Position numbers and translations under genes: made by a program
From: an uncultured Veillonellaceae bacterium
GTDB taxonomy: Bacteria; Bacillota; Negativicutes; UBA1444
NCBI GenBank assembly: GCA_964521625.1
Contig: CAZFSM010000014.1
Location: 27,061-91,060, forward strand
Reading direction: 5' to 3'
Length of the DNA: 64,000 nucleotides
Part shown: one piece after another, positions 17,375 through 26,059 of the stretch
Position numbering within the stretch: the stretch's first letter is position 1
Layout: each line of letters starts with the position of its first letter
Notes under the pieces: model-generated
Told to the model about the DNA's origin: nothing
The model's input: the letters and a program-made list of their open reading frames with translations, nothing else
Databases searched by the model: none

Positions 17375-19028
17375 GCCGGACTACCTCCTCTACCCCGAGT
17401 GCGCAACCACCATATAGTCGCCGGGACAATAGCAGCGAAGTCGGCGGACGCAGTCCCGCTGTGTTTAGCATTGCATCCTGCGAAAACACCTCGCGCGGCG
17501 AAGCGTCGGCGACAACCCGTCCGCCTGTCATGACAATAACCCGCTCCGCATAACGGGCAGCGACTTCGGTATCGTGGGTGCAGAGAATGACTGTGCCGCC
17601 GGTTTGCGTGAACTCTTGCAGCAACTCGACAATATCGTCGATATGCCCCAAATCCTGGCCGGTCGTCGGCTCATCCAGCAGCATAATCTCCGGCTGGCAA
17701 GCCAGTAAGGAGGCGATCGCCACCCGCACCCGCTGCCCTTGACTGAGCGCCAGCGGAAAGCGGTCTTCCAGCCCGCCGAGGCCAATCCGTTCCAATAGCG
17801 GTCGCCAGCTGGCCAGGTTTTTGCCCCGTCCAAGCCCATGTTGCAAGCCAAACGAAATCTCCTGCTCGACTGTTGAATTAAACAACATCAGGTCAGGATT
17901 CTGCATGACCATCCCCACTCTGCGGTCCAGCGATTTCACGGTTTGTCCCAGCAGTTTTACCTGCCCTTTCTGGGTTTTCTGCAAGCCGCAGATATGGTTC
18001 AGCAAGGTTGATTTGCCTGCGCCATTGTTGCCCATCAACACGACAAATTGACCGCGGGGGATTGTCAGGTTGATCCCGTCCAGGACGTTGCCTTTTTTTT
18101 GATCATACTGAAATTCAAGATCTTGCACCTCGATAACCGGCGCAGCAGGTTCCGCGAGGCATTGTTGAGCAATTGGCCGGGGCTGCGCGCTGCAACCCGG
18201 ATACGCTTGGCTTATTTTCGCAAAGGCCGCATCCACTGTCGCGCTCTCCGAGGCCAGGCCCAGTCGGTGGCAAATATGAACCGTCTGCGGAATCCGCAGG
18301 CCCTGCCGCAAAAAAACATCCGGCTGGCAAAAAGCTTCCTGTTGCGTCCCTTGCCAGGCAATGCGCCCTTGTTCCATCACCATGACCTGCTTGCACATCG
18401 GCATGACTTCATGCAGCCTGTGTTCCACCACAATAATCGTGATTCCCAGCTCGGCATTCAGCTTTTGCAATACCTGCAGCAGTTCCATCGCGCCGCGCGG
18501 ATCCATTTGACTGATCGGCTCGTCCAGTGCCAGCACCTGCGGTCGTATCGCCAGTACAGCAGCCAGCGCCAACCGTTGGCGTTCACCGCCGGACAATGCA
18601 TGAACGCTGCCTTGTTCGCGACCGGCCAATCCCACCCATGCCAGGGTTTCCGCTACGCGCCGCCGGATTTCAGCCGGGTCCATCCCCATGTTTTCCAAAG
18701 CAAAGCCCACTTCGTCGGCAATTGAGGTCGAAAAAATCTGATCATCCGGGTTCTGAAACATTAGTCCGACTGTCCGGCTCAAATCTGCGACTGAAGATTG
18801 CAGCGAATCGACGCCGTTCACCCGGATACTGCCCTGCAGCGCGCCGCTGATTTCGTGGGGGATCAGGCCGTTAAACGCTTTGAGCAAGGTGCTTTTGCCA
18901 CAACCGGTCGGCCCGGTGCAAAGAATAAAATCGCCTGCATTGATTTGCCAATTAATATCGATCAGGCTGGGAGTAGCGCTATTTTGATAGGTGAACGAAA
19001 CATTGCGGCATTCTACGATCGTGCTCAT
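17337..19028 (-). CDS. Fused double ATPase of an ECF-type transporter (EcfA-EcfA')
   Basis: Walker A GPTGCGKST and GNNGAGKST; signatures LSGGERQRLALAAVL and LSQGQRVRVAIASLL; CbiO/EcfA-like Q-helix regions. Confidence 0.9.
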   Translation of the reverse strand: MSTIVECRNVSFTYQNSATPSLIDINWQINAGDFILCTGPTGCGKSTLLKAFNGLIPHEISGALQGSIRVNGVDSLQSSVADLSRTVGLMFQNPDDQIFSTSIADEVGFALENMGMDPAEIRRRVAETLAWVGLAGREQGSVHALSGGERQRLALAAVLAIRPQVLALDEPISQMDPRGAMELLQVLQKLNAELGITIIVVEHRLHEVMPMCKQVMVMEQGRIAWQGTQQEAFCQPDVFLRQGLRIPQTVHICHRLGLASESATVDAAFAKISQAYPGCSAQPRPIAQQCLAEPAAPVIEVQDLEFQYDQKKGNVLDGINLTIPRGQFVVLMGNNGAGKSTLLNHICGLQKTQKGQVKLLGQTVKSLDRRVGMVMQNPDLMLFNSTVEQEISFGLQHGLGRGKNLASWRPLLERIGLGGLEDRFPLALSQGQRVRVAIASLLACQPEIMLLDEPTTGQDLGHIDDIVELLQEFTQTGGTVILCTHDTEVAARYAERVIVMTGGRVVADASPREVFSQDAMLNTAGLRPPTSLLLSRRLYGGCALGVEEVVRHVQQTDLASHAG

Positions 19029-19031
19029 GGC

Positions 19032-20723
19032 TCAATCACTCCCTACGCCGGAAAGACGGGCGCCCAGCAATGCGCCGCACGCCGCGCCGATCATCGTGTA
19101 TAAGAACCCGTTGACAGCCATGACCATAAAGATATACCAATCGGCAAAAAACAGTCGATACAACACTGCCATCCCCTGCATCGTAACAAACGTCGCTATG
19201 GTATCGGCCAAAGCGCAAGCCAGCGCCAATGCGGCCATTCTGCGCCAGGAAAACGGCTCCGGCTCATTGGATCGGGGCGTAGCTGTCGTAAAGCCGAAAC
19301 CGGCTAACGCCAGTTCCAGTAAAAATGCATTGACCCCATAGGAAAGAAACACCAGCGGCGACATGTGACCAAACGCAAGCATGCCGAGCAGCAGGCGAAT
19401 CGCCGCCATTAAACTCACCACGCCGTGCAGCGGGATCAGTGTCACCAGCGCGCCGGTCAGCATATACAACATGATGCCACTAAACATACCGCTGATCAGA
19501 AAACTAAACGGCCCCAAAAAGATGTGCAAAAAATCGTTCAGCAAGGTCGACGGCACATTGACGACCGCGAACGCGCAAGTGCCAAATAAGGCAATCGTGA
19601 TCAGTCGCCGCGTCTTCATGCCGGCCAATACCTGCGGCATTTTTCGGCTGATCAGCAGCAGAAACGCCAGCAGCATCGCCACGCCGGCTCCCAGCGTCAG
19701 CATGCCGCGCATATTTTTTTTGATGACCGTCAGCGGCAGTTCCTGCGACCAACTCTGCGTTTCGCCGTCCTCTACGGTCACCCGCAGCAGATAGCTGCCT
19801 TCCGTCAACTGGGTTTCATCGGCGTAAATCGGCAACAATAAGCGTTGACGCGGCTCACCGCTCAGCGCAACAAATGCGGTCAGTCGCTCCTGACCGGCAG
19901 CCATGGCCCCGGCGCCATCATGTTCCGAGTTGCTGCCAGGCGTATACAGGCCGGCGACTCTGCGCCGAATATTCTTGTCAATCAATTCGGCCTCCACCAT
20001 CAGCAGTTTTTGCTGTCCGGCAGGATTGCTAAAGTCCAGACCCATATGGGATACCGGGTGAATCGCTTCAATCTCCAAATTGGCCGTGCCTTTGCCGCGC
20101 AACACATTTTTATAGTAGTCGAGCGAACGGTCACGCAGAACCAATGTATTGGCATTTTGTTTTTCGTCGCGCAAGCCGTCACGGTCAAGTGGCAATACCA
20201 CCCGCTCCAGCACCGGTTTGGTCTTGGCCGAGACTCCGTCCGTGCGCGGCGCCACCTTTACCCGCACTTCCCGGCTGATTTCTCCGGCTGTAAGACGGGC
20301 CAAATAGACGCCTGCCGCAGCTTGCTCATCGACCGACACCGACAACAAATCAAACCACTGCCCATAGCCGCCGGCTAACTCCATCTCCCGCTGCATCAGC
20401 TGATTTGCCGAGCTGGCGCTTTGCAAGACGGTCCAGTGCTCCGGTTTGCCTTCCACCTGAAATCCCTGCGGCAGTTCCAGCCGCACGGTAACCCGCTGCG
20501 GCTCCGGTCCCGCGTTTTCAATATTAAACATGGCATGAATCCGCTGCCCCGGTGCAACTGTCATTTGTCTGCCTGCCAACGAATAAGGAAGCTCCAGCGA
20601 AAGCTGAAGCCCTGCAGCAGCAAAAGTATGCGCCGGCAATAGCAGGCATATCGCTAGTGCCGCCAGCAATAACCGGCGCACTATTACTAAAGTCGAACCC
20701 ATTGATTCATCCCTTTCACTCAT
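19032..20723 (-). CDS. Signal peptide + extracytoplasmic domain of about 330 aa (beta-sandwich-like) + C-terminal multi-TM module occupying the ECF S-component position
   Basis: Signal LLLAALAICLLLPAHTFAAAG. CARDB/NEW3-like strand pattern (RIHAMFNIENAGPEPQRVTVRLELPQGFQV; GSYLLRVTVEDGETQSW). Then about 7-8 hydrophobic helices over the last 230 aa. It is located between tonB and the ECF ATPase with overlapping or adjacent stops and starts. No family was recognised with confidence. Confidence 0.6.
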   Translation of the reverse strand: MSERDESMGSTLVIVRRLLLAALAICLLLPAHTFAAAGLQLSLELPYSLAGRQMTVAPGQRIHAMFNIENAGPEPQRVTVRLELPQGFQVEGKPEHWTVLQSASSANQLMQREMELAGGYGQWFDLLSVSVDEQAAAGVYLARLTAGEISREVRVKVAPRTDGVSAKTKPVLERVVLPLDRDGLRDEKQNANTLVLRDRSLDYYKNVLRGKGTANLEIEAIHPVSHMGLDFSNPAGQQKLLMVEAELIDKNIRRRVAGLYTPGSNSEHDGAGAMAAGQERLTAFVALSGEPRQRLLLPIYADETQLTEGSYLLRVTVEDGETQSWSQELPLTVIKKNMRGMLTLGAGVAMLLAFLLLISRKMPQVLAGMKTRRLITIALFGTCAFAVVNVPSTLLNDFLHIFLGPFSFLISGMFSGIMLYMLTGALVTLIPLHGVVSLMAAIRLLLGMLAFGHMSPLVFLSYGVNAFLLELALAGFGFTTATPRSNEPEPFSWRRMAALALACALADTIATFVTMQGMAVLYRLFFADWYIFMVMAVNGFLYTMIGAACGALLGARLSGVGSD

Positions 20724-21391
20724 TACCGCAAATCAAAGACAACTGGCACAGTTGCCCAGGCCGCAACCGGACTGCCATTTTTCAGCGCTGGGCTGAATCG
20801 CCATGACCGAACGGCCCGCTGCGCCGTCTGGTCCAGTTCGGCGTAGCCCGAGCCGGCGACGATGCGTACATCTTCAACCCGTCCGTCTGTATTGACCAAA
20901 ATCTGAAGCTTCACAGTGCCTTCCCAGCCTTTAGCCCTTGCATTCTCAGGATAGTCCGGTCTGCCGCCGTCGACGATGCGCGGCCCGCGAGTCGTTCCTG
21001 TTCCTGTACCTGGGCCTGGCCCTACGCCGGTTCCTTTGCCGTTGCCATGTCCGCCGCCGGTTCCTCCGCCGCTACCTCCCATACTCGAACCACCTGAGAC
21101 TGCGGCAACCGCTTGCGGGGCAACCTGATCGGAAAAACCACTCGCTGGCGGCGGCTGTGACTGCGGCTGGTGCTTGACAGGATCGGGGGCGCGCTCCGGT
21201 TGTCCCCCGCCACCGGCAGGACCGTCCAGCGGCGCAAACAATTCCGCCATGCTCACTTCTACATAAATCGGCTGACTCGATTGCATGACGTCCCAGTGCC
21301 AAAACAAACTAATCCCTGCAAACAGCCCGACATGCAGCAGCAGCGAACCGGCTATTGCGGCTCGCCACCGTTTGTTACCCCGCATTATCAA
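20723..21391 (-). CDS. tonB: TonB energy transducer
   Basis: N-terminal anchor (AAIAGSLLLHVGLFAG), a Pro/Gly-rich linker, and a TonB C-terminal domain (PDYPENARAKGWEGTVKLQILVNTDGRVEDVRIVAGSG...AVRSWRFSPA). Confidence 0.85.
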   Translation of the reverse strand: MIMRGNKRWRAAIAGSLLLHVGLFAGISLFWHWDVMQSSQPIYVEVSMAELFAPLDGPAGGGGQPERAPDPVKHQPQSQPPPASGFSDQVAPQAVAAVSGGSSMGGSGGGTGGGHGNGKGTGVGPGPGTGTGTTRGPRIVDGGRPDYPENARAKGWEGTVKLQILVNTDGRVEDVRIVAGSGYAELDQTAQRAVRSWRFSPALKNGSPVAAWATVPVVFDLR

Positions 21392-21789
21392 CCCTTAGGG
21401 TCGACGGCCAGTGATATTTTACTGGCGCCGGCTCGTTTCACGGCATCGATCACTTCTACGACCTTGCCGTGCTGCGAATCTTTATCCGCCTTAATAAAGA
21501 TCAGCGGGCTGTTATGCGCTTTGGTCGCAACGGTTGCTGCCAGGTCGCCGAGCGATATCACTTTATCGCCCAAGGCAATCTGCCCCTGCCGGTTCACCAA
21601 GACGGTGATGTGTTCCGGCGGTTGCGGCGTCCCGCTGCTTGCCTGCGGCGGCGTAATATTGAACCCTGGATGGGCAACCAGAAAGGTTGTAGACATCATG
21701 AAGAAAATCAGCAGCAACATCATGACATCGACCATCGGCGTCATATCAACATGAACTGGCAGATGGTTCGAAGAACGCCTGGTTCGCAT
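21388..21789 (-). CDS. exbD: Biopolymer transport protein ExbD/TolR
   Basis: 133 aa. VDMTPMVDVMMLLLIFFM motif plus a periplasmic domain. Overlaps tonB by 4 nt. Confidence 0.9.
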   Translation of the reverse strand: MRTRRSSNHLPVHVDMTPMVDVMMLLLIFFMMSTTFLVAHPGFNITPPQASSGTPQPPEHITVLVNRQGQIALGDKVISLGDLAATVATKAHNSPLIFIKADKDSQHGKVVEVIDAVKRAGASKISLAVDPKG

Positions 21790-21806
21790 GCGAATCCCTC
21801 CTTCGT

Positions 21807-22400
21807 TTATACGCCGGCCCGGCGAACAATTTCGCCGACGCAGCCTTCGGTCCAGTGCAATAAACGCTCCACCCGGTTGCGAAAATGATTGTTGGCAATG
21901 ATGCAGGGAATGGCTACAAGCAATCCACCGGCTGTATTGTATAACGCTTCGGAAATACCGGCGGCAAGCATCTGCGGATTGCCGAGGCCAGTCATCGAAG
22001 CCGCTTGAAAGGTTTTGATCATTCCCAGCACCGTCCCCAAAAGACCGAGTAGCGGCGCTACGGTCGCAGCGGTCGTCAATATATACAAGTTGCTTTCAAA
22101 CAGTGGGGTTTCGGCCCGAACAGCATCGTCGACTGCATTTTGACGAGCATCGCACTCACAAGCCGGGATCATCGCTGCTGCAGCCCACATCTTGCCGTAA
22201 ACGCTCCGCCTCACCGACTCTTCCGCAAAGGTTGCCGCAACATTGGCGCTCGGATCGGTCAACAGCGCCCTGATCCTGGCCGACTGCGAATCGGCCGATC
22301 GGTAATATAGCCAACGTTCGATGATGACTGCGCAAGCCACCAGCGAACAGGCCATAATCGTGATGATGACCCAACCGCCTTTTTCAAGGATATCCAGCAT
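21807..22400 (-). CDS. exbB: MotA/TolQ/ExbB proton-channel protein
   Basis: 197 aa with 3 TM segments. Conserved C-terminal half (APLLGLLGTVLGMIKTF...ISEALYNTAGGLLVAIP). Confidence 0.9.
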   Translation of the reverse strand: MLDILEKGGWVIITIMACSLVACAVIIERWLYYRSADSQSARIRALLTDPSANVAATFAEESVRRSVYGKMWAAAAMIPACECDARQNAVDDAVRAETPLFESNLYILTTAATVAPLLGLLGTVLGMIKTFQAASMTGLGNPQMLAAGISEALYNTAGGLLVAIPCIIANNHFRNRVERLLHWTEGCVGEIVRRAGV

Positions 22401-22413
22401 GTGTAAGCCCTCC

Positions 22414-24330
22414 CTAAAAACTCTGGCTCAGTTTCAAGTAAAATGCCCGTTCTGGTTGTAAATAGTGCGACGTGCCGTTTGACACCACATCCCGGCGGTC
22501 CAGCAGATTCTCCACCCGCAGTTGAAGCTGTGTATTCTTGGCCAGCTGATACTGCAGCACCAAATTGATCGGCAATGTCGGCTCCAATCCATCCTTGCGG
22601 CCTGCCAGATAATTTGCCGTCAAACTGCTCTGCCACTTACCCGATCGATATGTCAAGCCGCCGTTCAATTGAAACTTGGCGAAGGTTGGCGTCCAGTCGC
22701 CGCCGTCACGACGCTCTTCCGGGTTATTGATGTTTGCTCCCAGATTGAACATCCAGCGTTTGTTTACACGGCGGTCGTAGGTGACTTCCAGACCAGTATT
22801 GCGAAAATCCGAATTATAAGGGCTATAAACATTGGTTGACACTTGTTCCCATTGGATATAGTTTGTAAATTCCATTCGATATAAGGCGATTTTCAACGAA
22901 TCAGCAGTACCGATTTTTTTCCAACCCACCTCGTAAGTATAGCCATATTCCGGTTTCAAATTGGGGTTGGCTGTTTTACGCCAGGTCGATCCATACATAT
23001 CCGATAAATTGGGCATGCGAAAAGCTCTCCCGACGTTGAGATACAACGACTGTTCCTTATTCAGGCTATGCAGCAACTGTAGCTGGGGATTGAATTCATT
23101 GTAATCATTCGCGCCGGCCTGTTGCCGGATGAATTCCTGCCGCGCCCCTACAATCAGATTAGTTTTTGCCGAAAGCGGATGGTTGACCTGGGCGAAAACA
23201 GAATAAAAATCTCGCTTCTTGAGCGACAAATAGGCTGATGAAGCATTTGTCTGGGCATAAAAACTTTCATCAGCACTGATAGCGTCGTTTTGCCACGACA
23301 CTCCAGCCAGGTACTGGCCAAATTTTGTCTGCCAGCTGGCCTGGCTGTCCAGCCCCAAGGTGCCAAAATAGGTGGTATTATCACCGGATCGAACGCCAGC
23401 AGACGTATATTTGCGATACTGCCTGGCCGACCAGTTGCCGTATGCTTTGGTTAGCCAACTTCCATGCTTGATCTGCAAGGAAACTGAATTTTTGACATCT
23501 TTTTGCGCAATCCGCTCATCCAGTGTATTGCCGATTTCCTTCATCCGTTCCACATTGAATTCATCAGAATCATATTGGTGAGTCAACGTCATCGCATCAT
23601 TAATTGCCCAGGCCCAGCGCAAAAAATTGCGTTCTTCGCCACGAAACGCCGTATATTTTCGATTCAGGCCGTTGCTTGACCAAGGCTCGCTAATCGCCCC
23701 CATATCGCCCACCTTTTCATGGCTGGCGGTTATAGAAAATTTGTCGGCCTGTAATGAAAGGTTTTGCCGATTAGTGCCAAAACTGCCTGTCTCCGCTTCA
23801 ACACTATTTTTCACCTTTTTCTTCGTGACAATATTGATGACCCCTCCCATCGCCGAAGAACCGTACAACGTCGAAGAAGCCCCTTTGATTATTTCCACCT
23901 TCTCAATATTGTCGGGAGGAATATGCTCCAGTGCATAATAACCGGAAAGATTGGTCGGGATGCCATCCAGCAAAATCACCGTGCCGCGATCCATCCCTCT
24001 GATGACGATTTTTGCCGTCATCGACGAATATAGATGGCCCATCGCCCCATATCCGTCATACGTCAGTCCGGTGGCAAACTTCAGCGCTTCCAGCAAATTT
24101 GACGCCCCAGTTTCTTTTATCTGCTCGCCAGTCAGTACTTGAACCGACGCCGCCGTTTTCAAGTCCTTCGACTCCCGCCGCATAGCCGTCACCACCACAG
24201 GATCGAAGTTATATTCCTGCTTCTCCTCTGCACTTGCCAGTCCCGGTATCCCCGCACAGAGAGCCCCTACGATTACGCCAGCCATCGTTCGCCTCGCCCA
24301 GTTACGAGCATATTTTTTGCTCAGTTTCAT
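22414..24330 (-). CDS. TonB-dependent outer-membrane receptor, BtuB-like by riboswitch context
   Basis: Signal peptide; TonB box FDPVVVTA; plug domain (LTGEQIKETGASNLLEALKF...VIRGM); a beta-barrel of about 22 strands ending in a terminal Phe (LKLSQSF). The ATG at 24330 has an AGGGGAG RBS. A cobalamin riboswitch lies upstream. Confidence 0.9.
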   Translation of the reverse strand: MKLSKKYARNWARRTMAGVIVGALCAGIPGLASAEEKQEYNFDPVVVTAMRRESKDLKTAASVQVLTGEQIKETGASNLLEALKFATGLTYDGYGAMGHLYSSMTAKIVIRGMDRGTVILLDGIPTNLSGYYALEHIPPDNIEKVEIIKGASSTLYGSSAMGGVINIVTKKKVKNSVEAETGSFGTNRQNLSLQADKFSITASHEKVGDMGAISEPWSSNGLNRKYTAFRGEERNFLRWAWAINDAMTLTHQYDSDEFNVERMKEIGNTLDERIAQKDVKNSVSLQIKHGSWLTKAYGNWSARQYRKYTSAGVRSGDNTTYFGTLGLDSQASWQTKFGQYLAGVSWQNDAISADESFYAQTNASSAYLSLKKRDFYSVFAQVNHPLSAKTNLIVGARQEFIRQQAGANDYNEFNPQLQLLHSLNKEQSLYLNVGRAFRMPNLSDMYGSTWRKTANPNLKPEYGYTYEVGWKKIGTADSLKIALYRMEFTNYIQWEQVSTNVYSPYNSDFRNTGLEVTYDRRVNKRWMFNLGANINNPEERRDGGDWTPTFAKFQLNGGLTYRSGKWQSSLTANYLAGRKDGLEPTLPINLVLQYQLAKNTQLQLRVENLLDRRDVVSNGTSHYLQPERAFYLKLSQSF

Positions 24331-24483
24331 TTGCCACACTCCCCTAACCAAGTTTTTATACTGCCATCAGTGCAACCGCTCCTGTTGTCGGAACGGATTA
24401 TTTTTATCTGGAGGCTCCCCTGCAAAAGAGCCTCCGGCTAATGAATCCACGCCAAAAGCTAAAATGGCGTGAAATCCGGGGAA

Positions 24484-24522
24484 CACAAAAAAAGAATAGC
24501 CCCCTGGAATGGAAGCTATTCT
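24484..24522 (-). terminator. Second terminator-like hairpin + U-run in the long leader
   Basis: Minus strand agaatagc-(14 nt)-gctattct, followed by tttttttg. It lies between the riboswitch terminator and the receptor start codon. Confidence 0.4.
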
Positions 24523-24540
24523 GGACAGCCGGCAACTTTT

Positions 24541-24572
24541 TGATAAAAAATCCCGGCAAAAAAATTGCCGGG
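24541..24572 (-). terminator. Riboswitch expression-platform intrinsic terminator
   Basis: Minus strand cccggcaa-ttttt-ttgccggg, followed by attttttat. It is immediately 3' of the cobalamin aptamer. Confidence 0.7.
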
Positions 24573-24629
24573 AAGAAGTTCAACACAGGAGCTGTGCAAA
24601 AATCCCCTCCCCATCGCGCGTGGGTAAAA

Positions 24630-24805
24630 ACGGTGATTGTCGAACAGGCAGTTCTCCTGGCTCTGGATCATAGCTCGCCCAAACCTTCCCAAGATTTTCA
24701 TCCCAGTGGTATAAAATGGGTTTGCTCCCCAATACAGTGGCGGGACCGCGCCGGCATTACACCGGACTTCCCTATTAAGCCCTTGCGGGCACCTATCCCG
24801 GTATG
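24630..24805 (-). promoter_or_regulatory. Cobalamin (B12) riboswitch aptamer
   Basis: The minus strand reads ggtgcccgcaagggcttaatagggaagtccggtgtaatgccggcgcggtcccgccactgta...ccactgg...gggaagg...AGCCAGGAGAACTGCC. This gives the conserved AATAGGGAA / GGTG-AA-CC / GCCACTG core and a B12 box (24662-24647). Confidence 0.9.
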
Positions 24806-24837
24806 AAATTGTCAAACGAACTCGGATTACGGTTTGA

Positions 24838-24866
24838 ATATTACCACAGAGATTTTAGCGTGTCAA
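24838..24866 (-). promoter_or_regulatory. Sigma-70-type promoter driving the riboswitch-led operon
   Basis: Minus strand TTGACA (24866-24861), a 17-nt spacer, then TAATAT (24843-24838). It lies about 30 nt upstream of the aptamer. Confidence 0.55.
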
Positions 24867-24889
24867 ATGGATTATGACTACTTATGAAA

Positions 24890-25524
24890 TTACTGTTTCA
24901 AGCTCTGCAGCCACTTGGCGATCTCATCCTGTGAATTTTTTACGTCTTTCCCCCATAGGGCAAGTCCCTCAAGTATGGTCGCCTGTGACGCCAGTTTGGC
25001 AATATCGTTGGCGCTGCGGCCCAGTCCGCTTCCCGCATGGGTGATAAACGGCACAACAGTCTTACCGGACAAATCATGCTCCGACAAAAAAGTCATGACT
25101 GGCGGTGCGATGGTGTTCCTCCAGTTTGGGGAACCGACAAAAACAATATCATATTCTTTGATGTTGGTCACTTTTGCTTTGATCGGCGGCTTAAACCCAG
25201 ACTCCAACTCTTGTTTTACCTGTTTTGTCACACGTTATGTTCAAAAGGATAGGGGGTAACAGTCTGGATCTCAAAAATATCGCCGCCCATGATCTTCTGG
25301 ATTTACTCGGCCAGTTCACGGGTATTGCCGGAACGCGAAAAATAGGTCACTAATACTTTCTTGGTTTTAATCGGCGCTTGCGCCGCTTCAGCTTTTGGGG
25401 TCTGGGTTGGGGCTGGGCTGGCTTTTTCATTCTTCGTTTCCGCCTTGGTGCTGTTGCCGCCGCAAGCGGTGAGTAAAACGGCCATCAACAATGTCATGGC
25501 CAGGACCAAAACCTTCTTCACCAT
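24890..25524 (-). pseudogene. Lipoprotein-anchored flavodoxin-family gene, inactivated by a nonsense codon plus a frameshift
   Basis: The 5' part (MVKKVLVLAM..LTACGG..VLVTYFSRSGNTRELAE) stops at an in-frame TAA (25302-25300). Homology then continues in frame (IQKIMGGDIFEIQTVTPYPFEHNV). It shifts frame at a GTGTGA site (about 25226-25233) into the 113-aa ORF (TKQVKQELESG...FVGSPNW...PFITHAGSGLG). Confidence 0.8.
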
Positions 25525-25545
25525 AATCGCTATCGCTCCCTTTTG

Positions 25546-25998
25546 TTACTGCTTATTAATTTTCAGCTCATTTTCTTTGTCGACTACCGTCTGATCATAG
25601 ACCGATATTTTATAATCCAGCCGCTCCAATGTTCGCTGCATTTCTGTCATTCGCTCCAGGAGCAGTTTGCGTTGCTCAACAAAGAGGGCCTTTCTGGCCT
25701 CAATCGTTGGATCTCCCTGTTGGAATAGACCGACATACTCAATCAACACTTAAATTGGCAGCCCAGAAACGCGCATGCAGCGGATAAACTCGACCCATTT
25801 GCAGTCTTGATCCATGTAGTCCCTGCCGCCGCTTTTATTACGGTTCACCCGTGGGATGAGGCCAATTCGCTCATAATAACGCAGTGTATCCTGAGGCATG
25901 CCAAATTTTTGACTGCCTTCGCTGGCGGGATCATCCGGGTTCTGTAATGGCAAGCGCATAAAGCCAAACCCTAGTTTCTTCATTTCCTCATCTTCCAC
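25546..25998 (-). pseudogene. MerR-family regulator with an in-frame TAA, and a 5' end that looks like a fused aldo/keto-reductase N-terminus
   Basis: ...QKFGMPQDTLRYYERIGLIPRVNRNKSGGRDY..WVEFIRCMRVSGLPI-TAA(25752-25750)-VLIEYVGLFQQGD..IEARKALFVEQRKLLLERM..LERLDYKI. The first ~20 codons (MKKLGFGFMRLPLQNPDDP) resemble an AKR N-terminus rather than MerR. Confidence 0.75.
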
Positions 25999-26028
25999 CT
26001 ATGCTAAGAAACTCATCGTCCAAGTTAC

Positions 26029-26059
26029 ATTCTATAGCTTGGAGTTAACTCTAAGTCAA
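26029..26059 (-). promoter_or_regulatory. MerR-type promoter with a 19-bp spacer containing a near-perfect palindrome
   Basis: Minus strand TTGACT, a 19-nt spacer, then TAGAAT. The spacer carries the near-perfect 18-bp palindrome seen on the plus strand as CTTGGAGTTAACTCTAAG (26038-26055, 16/18 symmetric). Confidence 0.6.

Noticed and set aside
18048-18725. 225-aa plus-strand ORF, and similar long antisense ORFs (for example 34661-35281, 39474-40190, 55844-56551, 47787-48344, 33827-34045)
   Set aside because: Each is fully embedded antisense in a gene with unambiguous family motifs on the other strand. None has recognisable domains or translation signals.
24441-24815. Two ORFs (121 aa plus strand, 99 aa minus strand) upstream of the TonB-dependent receptor
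   Set aside because: The region is explained by the cobalamin riboswitch, its terminator and leader hairpins. The ORFs cross conserved RNA motifs and have no coding features.
25300-25752. In-frame TAA codons in the flavodoxin and MerR genes, TGA at 41713 and TAG at 60886 as possible recoding (selenocysteine, pyrrolysine or reassigned stop)
   Set aside because: The same codons terminate ordinary genes throughout the window. No SECIS-like or Pyl context was recognised. The affected genes carry additional lesions (frameshift, truncation). Pseudogenisation is the simpler explanation.
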